DNA from: Octopus sinensis
Lineage: Eukaryota
Length of the DNA stretch: 45,753 nucleotides
NCBI RefSeq assembly: GCF_006345805.1
Contig: NW_021832591.1
Location: forward strand, 1 to 45,753
Reading direction: 5' to 3'
Each line of letters starts with the position of its first letter. Within the stretch, counting starts at the first letter, position 1. The notes under the pieces were generated by a model. The model did not search any database, was not told where the DNA came from, and worked only from the letters and a program-made list of their open reading frames with translations. A program made the translations under genes and the position numbers. This document shows positions 1-12,448 of this stretch, piece after piece.

Positions 1-246
1 CCATCGGCCATTACGCCTCCACAGGGGATAACCAAGGAAAGGACGATCAACAAGTTTATTGATATTTTATAGACACAGCTGGCAGTCAGCCAGTAATAAA
101 TAGTTTGTCGCAGAAACTTCCGAACGCCGTATCTGATTTGTCTGAGAAGGGAGTTTTATGCATGCATGCATGTATACATTCATACATACATACATACATA
201 CATACATACATACATACATACATACATACATACATACATTCAAAAT

Positions 247-451
247 GTGACCGCGTGTGTACGTTGACGATTTTTTTTATCTGTCTTCCCTTCTCTGGAT
301 CTTTCCTTTTCCTATGTTTCTGACGAAGAGCTCCGCTCGAAACGTAAAGCCCTCCTTCTTTCCTTCCTTCCTGAGCGTCCAATAATACTATATTTGTTCC
401 ACGTCCTCGCGTTGTTGTGTTTTCTCTTTGTGTTTTCATGTTTGGATTAAC

Positions 452-454
<3 letters not shown>
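247..454 (+). mobile_element. Short (~210 bp) non-coding interspersed repeat carrying a minimal hammerhead motif, probably Penelope pLTR-derived
   Basis: Second copy in reverse orientation at 9152-9360. Both copies are flanked by CATA/CA/TA microsatellites. Contains CTGACGA-A-GAGC-TCC-GCTC-GAAACGT. Confidence 0.7.
316..350 (+). ncRNA. Minimal type-I hammerhead ribozyme motif
   Basis: CTGACGA 320-326, extra A, stem II GAGC/GCTC (328-331/335-338), GAAA 339-342, palindromic stem III ACGT, triplet GUA with cut after 346. Stem I is GTTT/AAGC (4 bp including one G-U). Confidence 0.6.
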
Positions 455-483
<29 letters not shown>

Positions 484-515
484 CATACATACATACATAC
501 ATACATACATACATA

Positions 516-913
516 GGCGCAGGAGTGGCTGTGTGGTAAGTAGCTTGTTTACCAACCACATGGTTCCGGGTTCAGTCCCACTGCGTGGCACCTTGGGCAA
601 GTGCCTTCTTCTTTAGCCTCGGGCCGACCAAAGCCTTGTGAGTGGATTTGGTAGACGGAAACTGAAAGAAGCCCGTCGTCATATGTATTATATATATGCA
701 TGTGTGTGTTTGTGTGTCTGTGTTTGTCCCCCAGCATTGCTTGACAACCGATGCTGGTGTGCTAATGTCCCCGTCACTTAGCGGTTCGGCAAAAAGAGAC
801 CGATAGAACAAGTACTGGGCTTACAAAGAATAAGTTCCGGGGTCGAGTTGCTCGACTAAAGGCGGTGCTCCAGCATGGCCGCAGTCAAATGACTGAAACA
901 AGTAAAAGAGTAA
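516..913 (+). mobile_element. Full-length tRNA-derived SINE, family 1
   Basis: A-box-like TGGCTGTGTGG, B-box-like GGTTCAGTCC, internal TA/TG microsatellite, tail GGCGGTGCTCCAGCATGGCCGCAGTCAAATGACTGAAACAAGTAAAAGAG. Many copies in the window; this one sits in (CATA)n. Confidence 0.9.
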
Positions 914-1729
914 AAAAGAATACATACATACATGCATGCATGCAGCAAAAGAAACTGACGCGGTTCTCCAAATCTAATCTATTAGTGGCACAGTGAAGAT
1001 TGTAAGACATTCCAAGGGAGATTCTTATGCAAATAGATACTCACACTTGGGTGTATGCATCGACAGTTCAACCAACACTACAAGTCAGTCACATATTTAC
1101 AAACACGGGGACCCTTCTTAAATAAGAAAGTCTTGTCGCTTTGTTAGCGACCGGCTTGATCTCTCCCAAGAACTTAAATTAGACTCAAAGAGAAATCATC
1201 CATCCATCCGTACATGATGGCTTTCGATTCGTTAAGCGAGTAGGATCATGGCTGACTAAATAAAGTGTATCACTGCATTACATGTCGTGAGAACGACAGT
1301 GGACCTTGGATCGTGCCAGCGACTTAGAAAACTTGTCGCAGGTTCGACATTCATACAAATTCTGACTTCTCGGTTGATCTGGATCGTCCTGATGATTTTT
1401 CCCTGTGCACCTTCATGTGTCACCATCTTCGAAGTAACAATTAATTCATTTATTATAAAAATTGATATGTATTCTACTAAAAAAATTATGCATGTCACAT
1501 ACATTATATTACACATATAATTGATATATAGATAGATTTCAGTGTGAAAATTACATAACATGCACATTATATATCTATAAATATATATTAATAAAAAAGA
1601 AATGCATATGAATGTCTAATACAAAGATAAGACAAGGATATAGAACATAATGCCACATACGCTATACATACAGTATTCAATGGATGTTGTCCGCATATCA
1701 TATACGATATACATCAAATTCGATATCAT

Positions 1730-2039
1730 ATACTCTTTTACTTGTTTCAGTAATTTGACTGCGGTCATGCTGGAGCACCGCCTTTAGTCGAGCAAATCGA
1801 CCCCGGGACTTATTCTTTGTAAGCCCAGTACTTATTCTATCGGTCTCTTTTGCCGAACCGCTAAGTGACGGGGACGTAAACACACCAGCATCGGTTGTCA
1901 AGCAATGCTAGGGGGACAAACACAGACACACAAACATATACACACACACTTATATATATTATATATATATACATATATACGACGGGCTTCTTTCAGTTTC
2001 CGTCTACCAAATCCACTCACAAGGCATTGGTCGGCCCGG
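1730..2039 (-). mobile_element. SINE family 1, 5'-truncated
   Basis: Reverse-complement match to about 625-913; head missing. Confidence 0.9.
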
Positions 2040-2518
2040 TTATATATTGGTTATATATTGCTATATAACTGAATATAGCAATATAGTTTAATAAAATCTA
2101 GCCTGATATTTCTTTTATACCACGTATCACGCATACATATCAGTATGCTCACCATACATAATGTCTACACTGCGTGGAAAATATAAAGAATCGTTATCGC
2201 AACCATGTCGCTAGCTTTAAGAGAATCAATAAGAAACATTCAGCATCTTTGGCCGATTTTGTATAGCGACTGAAGGAGGATAAAATTAAATTCAACATAA
2301 CTTGGTCCATAGTAAGGTACGCGAAATCCTACATTATTCATTTCCAGGAAATGCTGACTCTGCTCCGAAGAATCCCTGCCTATTCTGTGGACCAATGAGA
2401 AGATCGTTAATAGAATTTCTGAAAGACTCTCAAGATGCCTACACGCATATAAATGTACTTTCGCACAATGCATTGGGAATGAATTTGAGTAACTGTTAGC
2501 AGAATTTACTTTGAGGTA

Positions 2519-2915
2519 TACTCTTTTACTTGTTTCAGTCATTTGACTGCGGCCATGCTGGAGCACCGCCTTTAATCGAGCAAATCGACCTCGGGACTTA
2601 TTCTTTTTGTAAGCCCAGTACTTATTCTATCGGTCTCTTTTGCCGAACCGCTAAGTAACGGGGATATAAACACACCAGCATCGGTTGTCAAGCAATGCTA
2701 GAGGGACAAACACAGACACACAAACAAACATACATATATATATGCATATATACGACAGGCTTCTTTCAGTTTCCGTCTACCAAATCCACTCACAAGGCAT
2801 TGGTCGGCCCGGGGCTATAGCAGAAGACACTTGCCCAAGATGTCACGCAGTGGGACTGAACCCGGAACCATGTGGTTGGTTAGCAAGCTACTTACCACAC
2901 AGCCACTCCTGCGCC
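2519..2915 (-). mobile_element. SINE family 1, full length
   Basis: Reverse-complement match to 516-913 including the head (CTCCTGCGCC ending at 2915). Confidence 0.9.
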
Positions 2916-3260
2916 TATGGATAAATTTAGCTTAGTTTTAATCTCTCCATACTTATAAACACCAAGTAGCTATTTAACTCGCTTTGTGATCGTGAGTGCT
3001 TCATTTTCGCGGATGTTTGTATGAGCGAGTGTACACGTGCTATGCAACTTGTGCGAGGGCGTTTATACATCTACATTTGTTAACGGTAATTTTAAATACT
3101 TTTCTCGCTGTATTGCGTGTTCGTTTCTTTTTTTCTTTTTGCATCTGTGATTTTATTTTTGATCTCAAAAGTAAATGAAGATATTTCCTTCGTTTTGCTG
3201 CTTTTCTTTCTACAAAATGAGAAGATACATTGCGGAACTGTTATTTTAACGAGTTGTGTC

Positions 3261-3388
3261 TATTTATCATCCGATGAAACACATCTACACCGCCGGAGGC
3301 TTCTGAACTAGTTGTTAAGTGTCCCACCCGTGAGAGATCGATGCTAGATGTGTCGAAAGAATTGTGGTTAATAATAAATTCTTGTATA
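3261..3388 (+). ncRNA. Degenerate type-I hammerhead-like fold with extended stem II
   Basis: CCGATGA 3271-3277 (U4C variant), 9-bp stem ACACATCTA/TAGATGTGT (3279-3287/3345-3353), GAAA 3355-3358, 6-bp stem III AGAATT/AATTCT, H17=U at 3383. Stem I is weak. Confidence 0.4.
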
Positions 3389-3879
3389 TTCCATCTTCCG
3401 TCTTTCATTTATATATTTGTTGTGCAAGATTTTTTATGTGAAGTCGTGTGTTGAAACAGACATTGCTGTATTTCGGAATGGTCATTTTGCCAGTTTAGCC
3501 AATAAATGGCTGACGGTTAGTAAGGAGAGACACACAAATAAGAAAGAAGAAAGCAAAGGACCACTGATGCGGTCACAGGAGTGTGACGGAAGAACTCTGG
3601 CCGAAATAAGATTAAGATTAATATAAAAAGTAAATAACACTGAAGCAAAGTAACACCAAGTATATAGTGCATGTGTTTTTATTGGCTAAACTGGCAAAAT
3701 GTGTGTATATGAATATATAGGTATCCGTATACATATGTATATATCAAAATAAGCAACAAGGATATCCTTCTTGCTTATTTTCATTTTAATCACCTTACTT
3801 TGAAATTGTATGGATAATACAGTGCTAAATTCTGGTGTCTCAATTTAAGTACCATTTTCATCTGAATCTAAATTTTTAC

Positions 3880-4259
3880 ATATGTATATATACATACATA
3901 TGTATATATGTACATATATATGCATATATATATATGTATATATGTATTCATATGTATATGTACGTATGTATGTATGTATGTATGAAAAGACACTTATACT
4001 TTAATATGATACATCTCACCATGATACACGAGAAATCGTATGATAAATAATGTGTGTGTGTGCGTGCGTGTTTTTGTGCGCGCGCGTGTTTTTGTGTGTG
4101 TGTCTGTGTTTATACGTATATGTAGTTATGCACACACACACGCACATATATATGTGTATATATATGTATGTATACATTTATATATATTTGTATTCACACA
4201 CATGCACACATATATGTATGCAAATTATTACGTATTCACGTGTATGAATGTAGACATAA

Positions 4260-4323
<64 letters not shown>

Positions 4324-4330
4324 ATAGAGA
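3880..4330. repeat. Compound TA/TATG/TG microsatellite field
   Basis: Directly visible runs. Confidence 0.9.
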
Positions 4331-5251
4331 GATGTATCCATATGCACACATACATAATACATAATCACAGGCATATACAGATACATATGCTCACCCACAG
4401 AGATTTATATATGAATTTACAATTAAAATGTAATTGAAATGAATGTAAAAAAAATATTAAGTCTATGTGAAAAAAGTTTTACTCTTTACAATGGATGCTG
4501 AAGATAATGAAAAAAAAGCACCAGAAGAATGAAAAGTATTGAAAAAACAAAACAAAACATAAAACATATAAACTGTGAAATTTGAGTATAGTGAAAGAAA
4601 AGAACATTGGCAACTATAAATAGATGATGTAGCTAGAACTGGTATAAAATGATTCTTGTAAAAGGATTATATATAATTTTCATAAATTATTTATCTAAAA
4701 CAATCATGTTTTTTGATGTTAGATGCGTATTTGTATAATGACCCAAGTGTTCAAAATGTACTCAACCTTATGTCGGCAATTAAAGGCCAGCTCAGACTGC
4801 TTTAATTAATAGTATATAGTCATTTGTTGGTAAGTTAATTTTCCCACTAGTTAGAGTTGAGATTTGTGGACATGTTTACAGATAGAAAAATATTTTTCAA
4901 TAACCAACCAGCTTATCCTAATGCTTTCAGTTTTTTTAAAAATCTTTTAAGTACGAGACATATGATGCCAATGATGAATTATCTATATGCTTAGAGTACC
5001 GGATTGTGAATAAGCAAGGATATATTATTCTTTACGAATAGTAGCAACAAGCCAGATACGATTTCTATCTATGTAATGGGGCAAAGTAATTTTATCACGG
5101 TATACCAATGTCTTAATGAGGCATCTTCGTCAAAGATGAAGCAAATTTTTTTCTTTTACAATTGCATAATTATAGAGATTCAGAATTGTTGATAACTGAG
5201 TTTATGAGTAGGACTATATAATACATCGGGTGTCTCAGCGCGCAGATTTTT

Positions 5252-5379
5252 TTTATCGGTCCCAAAAGGCTGAGAAAGGCAAAATTGACCTCGGCGGAAT
5301 TTGAACTCAGAATGTAAAGACGGACAAAATGCTGCTAAACATTTTCCCGGCGTGCTAACGATTCTGCCAGCTCACCGCC

Positions 5380-5380
<1 letters not shown>
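5252..5380 (-). mobile_element. SINE family 2 fragment (tRNA head and start of central domain)
   Basis: GACCTCGGCGGAATTTGAACTCAGAA...TTCTGCCAGCTCACCGCC matches the other family-2 copies. Confidence 0.85.

Positions 5381-5438
<58 letters not shown>
5381..5438. repeat. (TAA)n microsatellite, about 19 units
   Basis: Directly visible. Confidence 0.95.
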
Positions 5439-5439
<1 letters not shown>

Positions 5440-7755
5440 GCATCCGGACATGATAAGACTCCCAACATCTGGTTAAAATATTTGACGGGAACACATAAAA
5501 ATCTGACTGAGAAATTTAATGACATACTAGCAGAGCTAGAGACAATGCCTGAATGATTTACGGAATGGAAAACTATCCTAATTCCCAAATCCACTGAAAC
5601 GGCTAACCCACAAAATTACAGACCAATAACTTGTCTCCCAACAATTTACAAATACTTTACTGCGATAATATCGCAGAGAATGAGCAAACATCTGAAAGAG
5701 CAGAAAGGATGCTGCAAGGGCTCATACGGCTGTAAAAATTAGCTAATGATCAACAAAGTCATAACTGAAGACAGCCGCAGAAAGAAGTGTCTAAGGATGG
5801 CCTATATCGATTACCGAAAGGCTTTTAATAGTATTCCCCACACATGGATCCTAGAAACACTAGCCATGAACAAGGTAGCACCAATAATCATAAAATATAT
5901 AACATATTCCATTAATAAATGGCAGACAGTGCTACAGCTCCAGACAAAAGAAGGACTCGTAAAAACCAAAGCTATCTCCATTAGAAGAGAAATATTCCAG
6001 GGAGACACGCTCGCTCTACTCCTTTTCTGCTTGGTACTGGTACTTTTATCTGAAATGCTAAACAGAACTGGATGTGGGTACAACTGTTACAGCAAAACAA
6101 TCAGCCACCTCTTATATATGGATGAGCTAAAACTGTACGCTACAAATGATAAACAGCTAAAAACATTACTACAGACAGTACATGGATTTACCACAGAAAT
6201 AAACATGAAATTTGGCTTAGAAAAATGTGTCAAAGCAACCTTGAAAAGAGGAAAACTAGTTAAGAGTAACAACATCACAATAGATAAAACATATGAAATA
6301 AGAGATTTAGACCAAAGCCAGACATACAAATACTTAAGAATCAATGAACTAGATACGATACAACACACACAAATGAAAGAGCAAATTTAAAAAAAACCCA
6401 GAACTATCGACCAGTTAGATTAATACTGAAAATGTGTAAAACAATGTGTAAAACAAAATAATAAGTATCGACACTCTAGCCGTCCCAGTTATAAGTTATA
6501 GCTACAATATCCTTAACTGGACGCTAAATGAACTAATCAAAATAGACAGGACAACAAGAAAAATAACGACAGGATTTAGAATGCGCCACCCAAAATCTGA
6601 CATAGAAAGGTTATAGATACAACATACAGAAGGTGGTAGAGGCCTTAAACAGTTAGAAAACTATTACAAAATAATCACCATAGAACTACAAAAGTACCTA
6701 CTTCAGAAGCAAGGAAAACTAATACAAATAACCACAAAACACGAACAAAGCAAAAAACTGTTTTCAGTCATTAAGGAAGCTGAAAAATACAAAAAGTCAT
6801 ACGACCTAACAACTATGAAGCAAAAGAAGAAACAACAAAAGCTGTAAAACAACTGAAATCCAAACTAAAACTGGAACAGCAACGGATCATGATAAAACTA
6901 TGGCAAGAAAAGCCCCTTCATGGCAAATATTGGGCTAAACTAAACGCAAAAGAAATAAACAAAGCAAAATCCCAACAATGGCTGAGAAGCTCAGGACTCA
7001 AAGCAGAGACTGGAGGATTTTTAATTGCAGCATAAGACCAAATCCTCTTCACCAGAAATGACTAAAAACGTATAATGAAAAGAAACATAAGTAATTGCAG
7101 AATATTTGGAGATAGATAAGAAACAATAAATCATATTATCTCTGGCTGCCCAGTCCTGGCTAAGAAGGAATATATTCACAGACACGTCAGAGTTGGGACC
7201 TATATACACTGGAATCTATACCAACACTATGGAATAACAACAGAAAAAAGATGGTATAGGCACACGCCAGAAAAGGTCACAGAAAATAAGAACGCAACCA
7301 TACTCTGGGATATGCCAATGCACACAGATAGAGAAATTAAGGCCAACAGGCCGGATACAGTTGTTAGGGCTCACCAAGAAAAAGAAAATGCTTTCTAATC
7401 GATCTATCAATACCAACAGATGACGATGTTTTTCTAAAAGGAACGGAGAAACTTTTAAAATACAAAAACCTGGAAATAGAGGTGATTCGGATGTGGAGTC
7501 TAAAAACAGAAACAATTCCTATCATAATAGTCGCATTAGGTATGATAAAAATATTGAGACAAAAACATCAGGACTAACAAATATATATAACATACAGAAG
7601 ATAGCACTTCTAGGCACTGCACACATCCTACTTAAACCACTTTCAATACAGTAACAATAACAGCATCACAACAAATCACAGCACATACCCTAGGCACACA
7701 GAGCTCGGTAGAGCAGTGAAAGCGATTGATAAAAATAAGACTACTGAATGAAAAT
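5439..7755 (+). mobile_element. 5'-truncated, decayed R4/Dong-clade non-LTR retrotransposon (RT, zinc knuckle, RLE nuclease)
   Basis: Translates NYRPITCLPTIYK, EQKGC, AYIDYRKAFNSIPH, FQGD, HLLYMDELK (YMDD-like), WQEKPLHGKY, CRIFGDR*ETINHIISGC (7096-7149), RPD...IDLSIP (7348 onward) and GTAHIL, with a stop at 7652-7654. Several stops and frameshifts. The 5' end abuts (TAA)n and the 3' end is followed by (GAT)n. Confidence 0.9.
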
Positions 7756-9151
7756 GATGATGATGATGATGACGACGATGATGATGATAATTCTTTATTG
7801 GCAACAAATAATGATAATAATTTTTTTTACTACTGCTACAAAGACACTAGATTAAAATATAACAAAACCCCGTATTCCTACAGAGTATTCAAGATGCATG
7901 AATTATGAAAATAAATAAAAACTATTGGTGGAGGCAAAGATGTTATACAACGTATGTAGCGACGCCACTTCGGCTGCCGGCATTTTATTCCACCATTGTC
8001 ACATATTTTGTTTTGACTAACGAGGGATTACTATTGTTTGATGGCCTCACTGGACGGTTCTGTACAAGAAGATGAAATCATTTTGTCAGCTTCTTTTTTT
8101 GCGGATCGAGATAAGATATTGAATTTTACTGACCGCAGGATACCGTTACAAGGACGCAGTTACAAGGACTGGTACAAAACGCATGAGAAAAAAGAAACTC
8201 ACACGACTGTGTTAGTGATTTTTTTTTTCAGCCAATCAAATCGTTTCCATTCCGTACTAACATTGTCCCGCCAGAACTTATTTTCAAGCCATAGATCTCG
8301 TTGATTTTTTATTTGCATCAAGCTACAAGTTTCATAAGTAACGGTCTGCTTCAAGCCTGCCTTTCAGACAGAAAGGACAATTATCTCATGCACATTCTCA
8401 GTCCTTCTCACTCGCTTGAATTGCCGTCACTAGATTGCACAGAACACAAATAGACGTTTACACACGAAAAGTTGTTCTCGCGCATTCGACCTGTTATCAT
8501 CGTAACAAACAGCGGAAAAGCGTTCTCACAAATGCATTTTTTTTAACTCAACAGGCTAACATAATACAGGCACATACACACACACTACACACTCATACAT
8601 TTACACATGCGTACACACATACGCGTACACATGCATACACATACAGACATGCGCCTACACACACGACATGTAAAAGACAAGTCATTTCAAATATATTTTT
8701 AGTAACAGCAAATCAGATTTACTTTAAAATGTTTGCTTGATTCATGCTTATTCCTTTATGAATATTTCATATAATAAACTCTGTCGATTATCATGGACGG
8801 TGTATGAAAATATTATTCATGTGATCATTTTTGCTACCTTATTTAATGCTGCCGTTTTGTAATGTGCTGTTTACAGCTGTTCGCAGCATCGCAATTTTGA
8901 TCTCTTTAATCTTCATTCATTGTAATAAAACAAAATTTTGTTGTCATAACTCCAGAACTATCTTTATTCTTCTATTCTTCCTCTTACAGTTATGTGTATA
9001 TGGTCATATTGAAAATCTAATATAAATGAATAAAAAGCATTATATGCACACACACATACAGATACACACACACACACACATATGTACATATACACATATA
9101 CGTACACACAAACACATACACACACACACACACACATATATATATACATTT

Positions 9152-9360
9152 AAAGTTAATCCAAACATGAAAACACAAAGAGAAAACACAACAACGCGAG
9201 GACGTGGAACAAGTATAGTGTTATTGGACGCTCAGGAAAGGAAAGAAATAAGATGGATTTAACGTTTCGAGCGGAGCTCTTCGTCAGAAACATAGAAAAG
9301 GGAAAGATCCAAGGAAGGGAAGACGGAGGAAAAAATCGCCAACGATACACACGCGGTCAC
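9152..9360 (-). mobile_element. Second copy of the 247-454 hammerhead-bearing repeat
   Basis: Reverse-complement match. The core CTGACGAAGAGCTCCGCTCGAAACGT is identical (9262-9287) while flanks diverge. Confidence 0.75.
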
Positions 9361-9375
9361 ACACACACACATATA

Positions 9376-9599
9376 TTCTCTTTTACTCTCTTATTTGTTT
9401 CAGTCATTTGACTGTGGCCATGCTGGAGCACCGCCTTTAGTCGAGCAAATCGACCCTAGGACTTATTCTTTGTAAGCCTAGTACTTATTCTATCGGTCTT
9501 TTTGGTCGAACCGCTAAGTTACGGGGGCGTAAACACACCAGCATCAGCTTTCAAGCGATGTTGGGGACAAACACAGACACACAAACAAATACACACACG

Positions 9600-9600
<1 letters not shown>
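9376..9600 (-). mobile_element. SINE family 1, 3' half
   Basis: Tail and body match 1730-1950. A matching 5'-half remnant lies at about 10688-10760. Confidence 0.85.
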
Positions 9601-9624
<24 letters not shown>

Positions 9625-9630
<6 letters not shown>

Positions 9631-10478
9631 CAAAATGAGAAAATGGAGAAATATATCTAAATCAATCATCAACTGTCAGATCATACCGAATCATATACTT
9701 TATTAAACCATTACACAATAGCAATGATATTATACATAAATACAGTACAATAATTACAATCAATATGGTGAAATATAACTAAATAAATATAATATATATA
9801 ACAAGACATAAAATATATTTACATTGTAGCTGACAGCTGTTTCGGCCATGAAGACAGGTATGTCTAATGCAATTCTAATGCAAGTATGAGTACAAATCCT
9901 AAATAATTTACATATAAATATAAATATGAGTGCATACATACTCATATTCATACATATATATATATACACAATAATACAATATAAACAATATAGATCAATA
10001 TACATCAACAAACACAATAATGTTCCATATTGAACTCCACAGCTCCTCAACCAACATCAAGAAACCACAACAGACACACTCACACTCAATGCAGGCATAT
10101 ATATTAAACAATTCGATATATTAAAATGTGTCTACCATCCAAGGCAAGTGGATTGCATTAGAATCTCTGAAGAGGCCGTAAGATATTCTTGTTAATGTCT
10201 CATTTATACCTGCATTATATGGCTAATAGGTTAAATGAGACATACCTGTCTTCATGGCCGAAACAGCTGTCAGCTACAATGTAAATGTATTTTATGTCTT
10301 GTTATATATATTATATTTATTTAGTTATATTTCACCATATTGATTGTAATTATTGTACTGTATTTATGTATAATATCATTGCTATTATGTAGTGGTTTAA
10401 TAAAGTATATGATTCGGTACTATCTGACAGTTGATGATTGATTTAGATATATTTCTCCATTTTCTCATTTTGTATTAT
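9625..10478. repeat. Fold-back element with 241-bp inverted arms (9625-9865 and 10238-10478) and a 372-bp spacer
   Basis: Arms read as reverse complements with about 5 mismatches by eye. The left end abuts (TA)n. The spacer and right arm together form a hammerhead. Confidence 0.9.
10152..10280 (+). ncRNA. Type-I hammerhead ribozyme with fully canonical core and ~85-nt stem II hairpin
   Basis: CTGAAGA 10167-10173, stem II GGCCGTAAGA/TCTT(C)ATGGCC plus inner 12-bp ATGTCTCATTTA/TAAATGAGACAT, GAAA 10260-10263, palindromic stem III ACAGCTGT, GUC triplet with cut after 10271. Bulged stem I: ATTG-TAG-CT / AG-CTA-CAAT. Confidence 0.75.
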
Positions 10479-10646
10479 TAATTTACGGCAAAAATAATTT
10501 TACCTTTGCCCACCTAATACAGTAAATGAATTAATTGCATCGCAATTTTTAACATTTATGTATTAGCTTTGTTGGGTACTTCTCTAGCAGTATATTGGAT
10601 ATATGTTATCCCACGGAGGGTTGAATTTACAACCCCTATCTCATTT

Positions 10647-10677
<31 letters not shown>

Positions 10678-10789
10678 TATATATATACGACGGGCTTCTT
10701 TCAGTTTCAAATCCACTCACAAGGTTTTGGTCGGCCCGAGTCTATAGTAGAAGACACTTCATCATTGAAGTGTATATATATATATACAC

Positions 10790-11010
10790 ACTCTTTTACT
10801 CTTTTGTTTCAGTCATTTGATTGCGGTCATACTGGAGTACCACTTTTAATCAAGCAAATCCACCCCAGAAATTATTCTTTGTAAGCCAAGTACTTTTTCT
10901 GTTGGTCTCTTTGGCTGCACCGCTAAGTTACTGGGACGTAAACACACCAACATCGGCTGTGAAGCGATAGTGGAGGGACAAAAACTGACACACAAATTTA
11001 CACACACACA
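10790..11010 (-). mobile_element. Diverged SINE family 1, 3' half
   Basis: CTCTTTTACT...CAGTCATTTGATTGCGGTCATACTGGAG...ACACCAACATCGGCTGT. Confidence 0.8.
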
Positions 11011-11319
11011 CACACATATAAAATAAATTACAAATTGGGACAAGAACGCAAAACAACCGACGATGTTACACGAATATGAATACAAAAATACAATAATAAT
11101 AATAAAAGGACATAACAACAGGCGTCTTTCGACTGGGGACGAATTGAATTCAGCTGGCGTGTGTGGAAATGAAGGAGAGTAACCAGCGTCCACACATTGA
11201 TGGAATGACATCATCTGTCTTCAATTTTATCAAGTTTCAATTTATTACAGACGAAAAGAAAAAACAAAAAAAAAAAAGACAGAAAAAAGAAGTAAGAAAA
11301 AAAGGAAAGGGAGGCACTC

Positions 11320-12330
11320 TAAGGACCTCGTGGAAAAACCCACAAAAGCCACGGGTGCCTGCTTTGTCTATGTATGCATTCCTTAAGTCCTCTTGTATGC
11401 GTTCCTCTAGCCTTCTTCCTGCAACCTTTTTGTTCTTCTGGTAGTAAATTCAAGTTGTCTAAGTGTTCGTTCCTATTAAGAACTTTCTCACTAATGATAA
11501 GCAAGTGATTAATCTATAGTTGCTACCTGTTTTACCCTTGCTCTTATCTTTCATAATGAGTACTGTCTTCCCTCTAATCATCCAATCTGGAGATATTACT
11601 CCATTAAGGCAATCCTGAAGTTGTTCTTTCAGCCTCCCATGTAAACTACTACATTTCTTTAACCAGTACCCTGGAACTAAATCTGGTTCTGGGCCCTTCT
11701 AATTCGGCATTTTCCCAACTCTAACACTTTACTCATTAATACATTAGTTACACTTAGATCTGGTTGCTTCTCACTCACTATTTCTTTCCCCGCTTTCTTT
11801 AACCACACTGCATCTTTATTATGATTGACTGGCTTATCCCAAATATTACTCCAGAACTTTCTAGTTCCTTCTGCATTAAGTTTCTCCTCTTCAGTACTTC
11901 GTTATTCACTATTTATTTTGTTACAAAATCTCCTCTGGTCTGTCTCAAATAATCAATTCCGTTGATACTGATCTCTGCTAAGTCATTTTAAACATACCCT
12001 TCTCTAACCAAAGTGTTAACATCCGTTTTTAAAGCCCCCTTTTTTAGGTTCACTTTCTAAGTAGCACTGCATCACTATCCTGGTTTCTTCACTGGTCCAC
12101 TTCCTCCTCCTTACTCTATTATCTGATGATGCTGTATTAGGATGACAGCTGTGGTCAGTCTGAATTTTTACTGAACCACTGCCGAACGAGTGGCCTTCCT
12201 TTAAAGGTCGAGCTTCATTTTCGCTGTTACAATCAGAATTTCTTTGGAAACACCCGTCTCTGATAAACCGGGGTAATGTAACGTTCGTCACCAACGTCAT
12301 CACCACTTATTTTTCGACATCTGATAGTTT
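11320..12330 (-). mobile_element. 5' and central part of a decayed R4/Dong-clade element
   Basis: Minus strand gives RRRKWTSEETRIVMQCYLESEPKKGGF, KFWSNIWDK, KMPN*KGPEPDLVPGYWLK, KTVLIMKD...NYRLITCL and LLPEEQKGCRK. Internally deleted and 3'-truncated. Confidence 0.8.
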
Positions 12331-12413
12331 CAAGCAACTTTCTATTGCATCATTTATTGCACCTTTGTGCTGGTGGTGTGGTGTGTGATGCATGTTATCA
12401 TCATCATCATTAA

Positions 12414-12445
<32 letters not shown>

Positions 12446-12448
<3 letters not shown>

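Noticed and set aside
1388-1440. CTGATGA core (also CTGAGGA at about 18446)
   Set aside because: No correctly paired stems with a following GAAA.
8038-8304. 88-aa non-repetitive ORF
   Set aside because: No recognisable motif and only weak splice signals.
11110-11240. Minus-strand TTGAAGAC...GTCGAAAGAC with internal hairpins
   Set aside because: The core and stems I and III are too degenerate to call; at most a decayed pLTR.
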